Assembly (NCBI GenBank): GCA_017620135.1
Contig: JAFZQZ010000113.1
Span: forward strand, 74,639 to 98,638
Direction: 5' to 3'
From: Bacillota bacterium
GTDB taxonomy: Bacteria > Bacillota > Clostridia > Lachnospirales > Bianqueaceae
Length of the DNA: 24,000 bases
A program made the position numbers and the translations under genes. Below, one piece after another: positions 8,486 through 14,740 of this stretch. The notes beneath the pieces are model-generated. The model saw only the letters and a program-made list of their open reading frames with translations. It searched no databases and was not told the origin of the DNA. Positions within the stretch are counted from its first letter, which is position 1; each line of letters begins with the position of its first letter.

Positions 8486-10419
8486 ACAGAGCCGAGGGAA
8501 GTCTCTCGGTTTTCTTCAGTCTGTTGTTCCCGGTGTTTCTGATGCTTTTTCTGACCTTATACATGGCCGGAAGGCGAAGTATCATGACTTCCGGGATCCA
8601 GCGGGACGCAAAGCTTGCTTCTTTTTCCGTGATGGCGGAATATCAGGCAGACGTCGTTCGGGAATATGGCCTGTATTATGTCCCTCTGACAAGGCTTGGC
8701 TCCGGTTTTTCCTTTTTTCTGAACGAGAACCGGAGTCATCCGTACGGAACCTATGAAGCTGTCAGTTTGTCCGTGACGCCCGAAAAAACACTGGAAGATC
8801 CGGCGGTTCTTGAGGAGGAGATCGTCCATTTCATGGAAGAGCGGGTGCTGATCGACTCACTGGACGAAGTACTGGCTTTATTTTCAGAACTCGGGGAAGC
8901 GGAGCAGATGCAGAAGGAATATGCTCGCTTTCAGCACTCGCAGGAACTGATGCTGATCCAGATGAATTACAGTGACCTGATCACGGATGTTTATGGGATC
9001 AGGGAAGACGGGCGAAGAAACGACCGGGCGATCCTGACATTCATGAAAGACAGTCCAAGACTTCCGGAGCTGATCCGGGCAGCCGGAACGGTCGAAGAAT
9101 GGCTGCTGTCTTCGACTCCCGAGAATGAAGAAAGGGATCCCCAGGAGATCTATGACGAGATCCTGATCCTGGAGCAGGGGAAGGACCAAATTGAAACAAC
9201 GCTGTATCTGCTGGAAGAGGCAAAAAGCCTGGCAGAGATCCTGATCGAGCAGATCGCGGATCTGAAAGCGCAGGAGGAGATCGATCTGGAGACCTGGGAG
9301 GGAGAGGAGCCTTATGAAAGACTCAGTGAGAAGCTTCCGGTCGATGAGAATAAACTACGCTCCCTGATCCGGATCCTGGAGAGAAATGGAGAACTGGTCC
9401 GGGAAGCGGGAGCGGTGCTGGACTGTTATCTGGCGGAGGAGATCCCGTGGGACGGCCAAAATATCCTGGAAATGCTCACCGGCTATGAATATGAGATCCG
9501 TCTGCCGCACGAGTCAAGACCGGTGACGGATAAGCTGGATCTGTCATCCATCTGGGATTATCTGAGAGGATACAATATCGATGTACGCAGTTTCGCTCCG
9601 GATGAGGAACTGAAACTGCCGGAAGACGCCGGTTCAGGTGTGACTGCTGCCGGTCAGGAAAGTGACGAAATCTCACCGGGAGATCTTTCGCTGAATCTGG
9701 ATCTTCAGCGGATCCGGGAGCATTTCCTCACCGAAGAATATGCCCTTGGCATGTGCACCAACCTGCGGGATACCGTTCTTTCCGGGAAGGGGACTGTCCC
9801 GGTGAATCTTCGCGACGACCGGATCAACGCCCGGTTTTTCTCCAATGAAGTAGAATACCTGCTTGTAGGTGCGCCGAATGAATACCGGAACGTCAACGGG
9901 ACGAAAAACCGGATCATGGCGTTAAGGGTACTGCTGAATATGTTTCATCTCATGACCGATCCGGAAAAACGGCAGGAGATCGAACAGGCAGCGGCGCCGA
10001 CCGGCGGCATTCTGATGCCGGGACTGGGAGATTTGGCTGCGTTCGGTCTGATCCTGATTTCCTGGAGCACTTTTGAGGCGGCCGCGGATTACCGGCTCCT
10101 CTCAGACGGCGGCAGAGTCCCCCTCCTGAAGGACGCCGAAAGCTGGCAGACCGATCTTTTTTCTCTTCTGGGCGGGGACATGACGGAAGAAGAGAAACTG
10201 GAGACGAAAGGGATGTCGTATCGGGAGTATCTGCGTGTCCTTCTGCTTCTATCCGATCAGGACAAATTGCTTTCAAGGCTTCAGATGATCCTTCGGACGG
10301 ATCCGAAGATCGAAAAGCTGGGTGAAGCGGTCGTTTCGTTCCATGTGAGTCTGGAAGCGGTCCCTCAGGACGGATGGAGCGGGAGCATTTTCTTTTCCGG
10401 AGTCTTCGGCTATGAGTAA
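8461..10419 (+). CDS. large TadG-like/DUF5702-like pilus-associated protein
   Basis: 652 aa. The N-terminus AEGSLSVFFSLLFPVFLMLFLTLYM resembles the TadE/G-like anchor but has Phe, not Glu, at +5. It continues as a long acidic, probably helical, extracytoplasmic region. Family naming is from memory of Firmicutes Tad loci and is not verified. Confidence 0.5.
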   Translation: MRKTKREINRAEGSLSVFFSLLFPVFLMLFLTLYMAGRRSIMTSGIQRDAKLASFSVMAEYQADVVREYGLYYVPLTRLGSGFSFFLNENRSHPYGTYEAVSLSVTPEKTLEDPAVLEEEIVHFMEERVLIDSLDEVLALFSELGEAEQMQKEYARFQHSQELMLIQMNYSDLITDVYGIREDGRRNDRAILTFMKDSPRLPELIRAAGTVEEWLLSSTPENEERDPQEIYDEILILEQGKDQIETTLYLLEEAKSLAEILIEQIADLKAQEEIDLETWEGEEPYERLSEKLPVDENKLRSLIRILERNGELVREAGAVLDCYLAEEIPWDGQNILEMLTGYEYEIRLPHESRPVTDKLDLSSIWDYLRGYNIDVRSFAPDEELKLPEDAGSGVTAAGQESDEISPGDLSLNLDLQRIREHFLTEEYALGMCTNLRDTVLSGKGTVPVNLRDDRINARFFSNEVEYLLVGAPNEYRNVNGTKNRIMALRVLLNMFHLMTDPEKRQEIEQAAAPTGGILMPGLGDLAAFGLILISWSTFEAAADYRLLSDGGRVPLLKDAESWQTDLFSLLGGDMTEEEKLETKGMSYREYLRVLLLLSDQDKLLSRLQMILRTDPKIEKLGEAVVSFHVSLEAVPQDGWSGSIFFSGVFGYE

Positions 10420-11356
10420 GCGGGGAATTTCCGGATCGATCCTGGTGGAAGCCAGCCTTGTCGTTCCGATCTTTTTTATCGCGTTGATCCCCTTTCTTTA
10501 TCTGTTGCGGATCTGTCTTTCACAGACTGTGCTGGAACGGGCGCTGGATGAAGCGCTTCGTTCCCTTGCCGTTGAATCCTATGTGATTCTTCGCGATACG
10601 GAAGCTTCCAGCGGTGAGACCACAGCCACGGGTGATGTGGAAATGACCGAAGGCGCTTCTGAACTATTCGAGATGCGGGAAGAGATGAAGGATGCCGTGA
10701 GAGAAGGCAGTAACGGCGAGAACGGGGATAACGAAAGCCTGCTGATGGATCTGGCCGGCAGCCTGTATCTGCGGCAAAAAGTGATGGATATCCTCTCATC
10801 CCGGGACCTTTCGGCTATGGGTATCGAAGGAGGAGAAGCCGGGATTTCCTTTCTCGCCAGCCGGTTTTTCTATTCGGAAGGCACGCACCGGCATCTGCTG
10901 CACGCGGAGATGACCGTCCGCTGGGACTCACCTTTTGCTTTTGTCGATCTGGGCCAGAGCACATTCTCCCGGACGACGCACGCTTTCAGCGGAGAAAAGG
11001 AGGAAGGTGCGGCCGGAAATGAGATCTCCGGGAAAGAGGACGGGGATGATACGATCGTTTACCGGATCGGCCAAGGGATCCATTATCATCAGGCGGACTG
11101 CTTCCTGATCGATAAGAATATCATCACGATCTCCGTGTCGGAAGCGGAGCTGATGGGACTTCTTCCCTGTTCGAGATGCCGAAGCGATCTGGCTGTCACC
11201 GGTCTGGTTTGCATGACCAGCGGAGGCGAGCACTACCATATGTCCTCCTGCGGCTATCTGTTTCCGGATCTTCAGTCGATGACGCTGACAGAAGCGCTGG
11301 AAGCGGGGCTTTCTCCCTGCGGCCTGTGCTATGGATCAGAAGGATATTTTCGATGA
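10412..11356 (+). CDS. TadE-like pseudopilin fused to two C-terminal HYH-x3-C...PC-x2-C (putative zinc) modules
   Basis: 314 aa. The N-terminus MSKRGISG/SILVEASLVVPIFFIALIPFLYLL has Gly8 and Glu at +5. The C-terminus carries two similar modules: GIHYHQADC...LLPCSRC and GEHYHMSSC...LSPCGLC (11051-11332). It overlaps both neighbouring genes. Confidence 0.6.
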   Translation: MSKRGISGSILVEASLVVPIFFIALIPFLYLLRICLSQTVLERALDEALRSLAVESYVILRDTEASSGETTATGDVEMTEGASELFEMREEMKDAVREGSNGENGDNESLLMDLAGSLYLRQKVMDILSSRDLSAMGIEGGEAGISFLASRFFYSEGTHRHLLHAEMTVRWDSPFAFVDLGQSTFSRTTHAFSGEKEEGAAGNEISGKEDGDDTIVYRIGQGIHYHQADCFLIDKNIITISVSEAELMGLLPCSRCRSDLAVTGLVCMTSGGEHYHMSSCGYLFPDLQSMTLTEALEAGLSPCGLCYGSEGYFR

Positions 11357-11787
11357 TACTGTTTGGCAAGATACTTTGGATGGCAGCACTGATATGGCTC
11401 AGCATGACCGACCTTGTATATATGAAACTTCCCTATCCGGGGCTTCTCCTCTTTTCCTTATCCGGTATCATAAGGGTGCTGCCGGGATATTTAAATCCTT
11501 CGGGCAGCACCTTCTTCCGGATAGGGATGACCTTTGTGACAGTGCTGATGATCGGCTGCCTGTCCGCTTTTGCCTGCCGGAAAAAGCAGATGGGAAAAGG
11601 AGATCTGATCGTTCTTATGATCATTGGTTTGGTCTACACGATCGACCAGATTCTCGTGATCTTCTCGCTGGGGTTTTTGCTGGCAGGGCTGACAGCGCTT
11701 CTGATCATCTGGACGCGGCAGGGAGAAAGGCTTCCGCTTGTTCCGTTCCTGGGGATCGGATGCCTTTTGGTCGATATTTTGGGGTAA
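11353..11787 (+). CDS. tadV: A24-family prepilin peptidase (TadV/CpaA-like)
   Basis: 144 aa and polytopic. The start ATG at 11353 forms an ATGA overlap with the upstream stop. Two catalytic Asp motifs are present: SMTDLVY (D20, 11410-11412) and GKGDLIVL (D84, 11602-11604). The short form lacks a methyltransferase domain, as in TadV. Confidence 0.8.
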   Translation: MILFGKILWMAALIWLSMTDLVYMKLPYPGLLLFSLSGIIRVLPGYLNPSGSTFFRIGMTFVTVLMIGCLSAFACRKKQMGKGDLIVLMIIGLVYTIDQILVIFSLGFLLAGLTALLIIWTRQGERLPLVPFLGIGCLLVDILG

Positions 11788-11790
11788 GAG

Positions 11791-12459
11791 ATGAGAGTAG
11801 AAAGAATCGAATCCGAAAAAGGATCTCTTTTGCGGATCTGTGAGGATAAAGCCGGGATTTTCTATCAGGAACGGATGATGCCGAGGCTTCCCGTATTGGT
11901 CAGCGGCCGCTTCATCTCACAGCACGAGGCGGAATTTATCGCGCCGGCAGAAGCACAGCCGATCAGCCGGATCCTGAAAAGACCGATCCGCAAAGAAGAG
12001 CTGGATCGGATACTGGAAGCGTTCGAAGCATCGATCGGGCTTCTGGAAAGCTATCTTCTGGATAAAGAAAAACTGTGGTGGGATCCGGGCTGGATCTTTT
12101 ATGATGGAAGGGAAAACAAAGTCTATTTGGTCTATCTGCCGTGGGAAGAGGATCCGGGAAGGATCGGGATCGAAAGACAGCTCTGCCGGTATCTATGGCT
12201 GACTGCGTCTTTCTGCGGCTGGGAGGAAGATCTGTGGGAAAGTGTCGGGAAATTCAGTGTTCAGGTCTATGGACAAAGAGACAGGATCATTCAGAAAACC
12301 ATAGATCCGGAAAAGGAAAAAGTTCTGGATGATCTGATGGCGGCTTCTTCCTTTCTTCCCCCTCTCGTTCTCAGAAAACCCATCGGTGAAAAAGAAAGCC
12401 GCCTCGGTTTATGGGAGCGGCTGAAAACAGAGATAAAGGCCCGTCTTCACGGGTGGTAG
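11791..12459 (+). CDS. hypothetical protein, DUF6382-like (last gene of Tad-like operon)
   Basis: 222 aa, starting 3 nt after the peptidase stop. The pattern ...YQERMM..LPVL...LESYLLDKEKLWWDPGWIFYDGRENKVYLVYLPW resembles, from memory, the N-terminal DUF6382 module of Firmicutes FHA-domain proteins. No FHA domain is present here. Confidence 0.4.
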   Translation: MRVERIESEKGSLLRICEDKAGIFYQERMMPRLPVLVSGRFISQHEAEFIAPAEAQPISRILKRPIRKEELDRILEAFEASIGLLESYLLDKEKLWWDPGWIFYDGRENKVYLVYLPWEEDPGRIGIERQLCRYLWLTASFCGWEEDLWESVGKFSVQVYGQRDRIIQKTIDPEKEKVLDDLMAASSFLPPLVLRKPIGEKESRLGLWERLKTEIKARLHGW

Positions 12460-12493
12460 CTCCTCGGCTTTGCTGCACTTGGCGGTAGCTACG

Positions 12494-12522
12494 TTGACAT
12501 GATATATATCCTGATATATACT
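12494..12522 (+). promoter_or_regulatory. vapBC promoter with tandem TGATATATA repeats
   Basis: TTGACA (12494-12499), a 17-nt spacer, then TATACT (12517-12522). The spacer and -10 region contain TGATATATA twice (12500-12508 and 12512-12520), which is a likely VapB autoregulatory operator. RBS GAGGAGGG precedes the ATG at 12568. Confidence 0.55.
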
Positions 12523-12567
12523 ATTCTTGCGACGATAGTTCAGTTAATCGAGGAGGGCTGCTAAGAT

Positions 12568-12798
12568 ATGGAAACTGCAAAAATATTTATGAACGGACGA
12601 AGTCAGGCTGTTCGATTGCCATATAGCTGTCGGATGACTGGAGAGGAAGTATACGCACAAAAAATCGGAGAAGTTGTCATTCTTTCCCCCAAAACAAAGC
12701 GCTGGGAGGCACTGCTGCAAAGTCTAAGTTTGTTTACTGACGATTATATGGAAGACGGCAGACAGGAAGGGCCTGCTGATCTTCGCGAGGAATTATGA
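12568..12798 (+). CDS. vapB: VapB-family antitoxin (AbrB/SpoVT fold)
   Basis: 76 aa. METAKIFMNGRSQAVRLPYSCRM...VVILSP is the characteristic VagC/VapB swapped-hairpin motif. It has an ATGA overlap with vapC. Confidence 0.85.
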   Translation: METAKIFMNGRSQAVRLPYSCRMTGEEVYAQKIGEVVILSPKTKRWEALLQSLSLFTDDYMEDGRQEGPADLREEL

Positions 12799-13199
12799 TG
12801 CGCTACATGCTGGACACCAACATTTGTATATATCTGATTAAACGAAAGCCGACAACGGTTCTTGATCATTTATACATGCATCATCCGGAAGAAATCTGTA
12901 TTTCTTCCATTACGTACGGAGAACTGCTCTATGGTGCATATAAAAGCTCTTTTCCTGACAGAAATTTACTTGCTTTGCAGCTGTTTTTAGCAACGATCGA
13001 CATTCTTCCGGTTAACGCATTTGTCTGTGATTCTTATGGGAGAATTCGTGCTTCCTTAGAAAAAGCAGGAACACCTATTGGACCAAATGATACATGGATC
13101 GCGGCTCATGCGCTCACGGAAGGATGTACTTTAGTTACCAATAATACAAAAGAGTTTTCCAGAGTACCACTACTGGAAGTAGAGAATTGGACTGTCTGA
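12795..13199 (+). CDS. vapC: VapC-family PIN-domain toxin
   Basis: 134 aa. MLDTNICIYLIK provides the first PIN Asp, ITYGELLYG the Glu, PNDTWIAAHA the Asp, and LVTNNTKEF follows. It resembles the enteric VapC/MvpT subgroup, which is known to cleave initiator tRNA. Confidence 0.9.
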   Translation: MMRYMLDTNICIYLIKRKPTTVLDHLYMHHPEEICISSITYGELLYGAYKSSFPDRNLLALQLFLATIDILPVNAFVCDSYGRIRASLEKAGTPIGPNDTWIAAHALTEGCTLVTNNTKEFSRVPLLEVENWTV

Positions 13200-13204
13200 A
13201 CGAT

Positions 13205-13400
13205 CCCGGTCTTACAACGCTTGCACATCCTCTGTGTAGGAAGTTTTGTATTTGAGGTGAACTACCCCGACTTAAGAAGTCAGAGCTTCGAAGAGCCTTT
13301 CGGCTCTGTTTAAGAAGTTTGATATTATGTTTCCGCCCGATTCCTCAGGCTACCCTTATTCTTACAGGCGTGTCCACTTCGCCTCTATTGTATAGGGTCT
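13205..13400 (-). ncRNA. predicted omega/reRNA scaffold region of the tnpB element
   Basis: The call rests on position only: in characterised TnpB systems the guide RNA spans the 3' end of tnpB and the right end. The region contains a 6-bp stem with a GAAA loop on the minus strand (13292-13307). That stem is flanked by the 9-nt direct repeat TTAAGAAGT (13272-13280 and 13310-13318, plus-strand reading). Confidence 0.35.
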
Positions 13401-14595
13401 CAAGACCCACAACTTTACTTTTCCTTAGGATATTCAGTGCTCCGTTGATGTCTGCATTCAGCATCTTCCCTTCCCTGCTCCTGTAACTGCCTCGGCTTGT
13501 CCTTCTCCCGCTGAATCGATACTCTTCCTCGTTTCCTGCCTTGTAAACAGGTATCTCATCTCTGTCCCAGAATGACGCCTGTGATGTATACGATTCTTCC
13601 TGTTTGACATATTCGATCCCGTTCAGCCTGCACAGGTACTCCAGTTTCTCTCTTAGCCTGCCATATGGGATATTCACGAATGTCTGATTGTTTTTCTTCC
13701 CAAGTTCACTGTTCCTTTGGAAGCTTTCGTTATATCCTACTACCATTTTCCCGATCTCATGTTCTATACAGTAATTGATCACTTTCCTCGCTGCTTTGTT
13801 CATGTAATCGTTGACTTTATTGTTCCTGTCTCTCGTTATCGCTTTCTGCCGGTTCGTCCTTCTCTTTCCGTATTTCTGCTTGTCCTTGATGCTCTGCAGT
13901 CTTGCGTTTTCCTTGTTGTACCACTGATTGATGGATTTGAGTCTCCTTCCGTCGATGATGAAACTCCTTCCTTCATCCGTTACCGCTGTGATCAGATTAT
14001 TGATCCCAAGATCGATGGCCAGTGCATGATTTGGATCTACTTTCCTTTGAATACATTCCGCTTCATATGTATACTGTATCTCAAAGAACCTGGCGTCCGC
14101 CTTGGGTATGATCCTGATCTCTTTTATCTTCTTTCCCAGAAGGATCGGCGGTATCCGGATCTCGATCTCCTTATGGTCTTTCCTGAAACTGTTGGAATAG
14201 GGTACTCTCAGTTTGTTCCCTTCCACTCTTACGAATCCGATGATCAGCGTCTGATATCCGTCTTTCGGAAGATACTGTGGAAGATGACAGTCTTTCTGTG
14301 GATACCTGCCTTCTTTTGCCAGTTTCAGCAGTCCGAAAAATGATCGGAAACTCCCATCTACTTCTTTCAGTATCTGCTGCGACATGTTTGAATTAAGTGT
14401 CCGGTAGTTCGGACTGGTTTTAAGGCGCTTATAGTTCTCTTCATACCTCAGGTATTCACCTTCACTGAAGAAATGCTGTCTGACAGAGTACAATGCTTCA
14501 TTGGTCAGATTCTTGGCAGCGCGGCAAAGCTGTCTTAAGGAGAGAAAGTCATCTTTAGACAGATGTTTTACTTGTTGTTTGACAGTCAGATACAT
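13345..14595 (-). CDS. tnpB: TnpB-like RNA-guided endonuclease (IS200/IS605 OrfB)
   Basis: 416 aa from the ATG at 14595, preceded by AAGGAGGGTG. The RuvC-I motif is ALAIDLGINN and the RuvC-III motif is LNADINGALNI (Asp at 13450-13452). YTSQ is present, but no Cys follows it. The region expected to carry the RuvC-II Glu reads MVVGYNESF. Confidence 0.9.
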   Translation of the reverse strand: MYLTVKQQVKHLSKDDFLSLRQLCRAAKNLTNEALYSVRQHFFSEGEYLRYEENYKRLKTSPNYRTLNSNMSQQILKEVDGSFRSFFGLLKLAKEGRYPQKDCHLPQYLPKDGYQTLIIGFVRVEGNKLRVPYSNSFRKDHKEIEIRIPPILLGKKIKEIRIIPKADARFFEIQYTYEAECIQRKVDPNHALAIDLGINNLITAVTDEGRSFIIDGRRLKSINQWYNKENARLQSIKDKQKYGKRRTNRQKAITRDRNNKVNDYMNKAARKVINYCIEHEIGKMVVGYNESFQRNSELGKKNNQTFVNIPYGRLREKLEYLCRLNGIEYVKQEESYTSQASFWDRDEIPVYKAGNEEEYRFSGRRTSRGSYRSREGKMLNADINGALNILRKSKVVGLETLYNRGEVDTPVRIRVA

Positions 14596-14686
14596 AGGAT
14601 CACCCTCCTTTCTCCAAAGACTCGGAATTATGAGAACACTCGATGAATTCCTGTATCTTGATTTTACCACACCTGATCGTAGGATG

Positions 14687-14708
14687 CTATTTTTCACATT
14701 TAAAAAAG
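14687..14708 (-). repeat. 22-nt exact repeat shared with 3174-3195 (opposite orientation)
   Basis: The plus strand reads CTATTTTTCACATTTAAAAAAG, the reverse complement of 3174-3195. The match is also visible in the ORF track as the shared peptide YFSHLKK. Confidence 0.9.
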
Positions 14709-14718
14709 TGGCATTCAT

Positions 14719-14740
14719 CCCCCACCTTAGAGGATGGGGG
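14719..14740 (-). other. GC hairpin spanning the glycosidase stop codon at the IS junction
   Basis: CCCCCA (14719-14724) pairs with TGGGGG (14735-14740), with two further C:G pairs inside the stem. The TAA stop (14727-14729) lies in the loop. It could be the native terminator stem or an IS subterminal hairpin. Confidence 0.35.

Larger units (their letters stand above)
13200..14726 (-). mobile_element. tnpB-only IS200/IS605-family element (IS1341-like); ends not precisely defined
   Basis: The element contains a single tnpB ORF with ~130 nt upstream and ~145 nt downstream non-coding flanks. It is wedged between the convergent stop codons of vapC (13199) and the glycosidase (14727). It is AT-richer than its surroundings and no Y1 tnpA lies nearby. 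Confidence 0.65.

Noticed and set aside
11176-11352. Upstream extension of the prepilin peptidase ORF (11176 start) and the overlapping 170-aa ORF 11331..11843
   Set aside because: The extension lies in an alternative frame of the preceding gene's Cys-His modules. The ATG at 11353 gives an ATGA-coupled start at the first TM helix. The 170-aa frame has no features.
12460-12493. Terminator after the Tad-like operon
   Set aside because: Only a direct repeat (GGTAGCT twice) is present, with no stem followed by a T-run. Nothing was called.
14596-14718. N-terminal 41-aa extension of the tnpB ORF in the track (start at 14718)
   Set aside because: The internal ATG at 14595 has a perfect AAGGAGGGTG RBS, and the TnpB-homologous sequence starts there (MYLTVKQQV...). 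The extension covers the non-coding left end.
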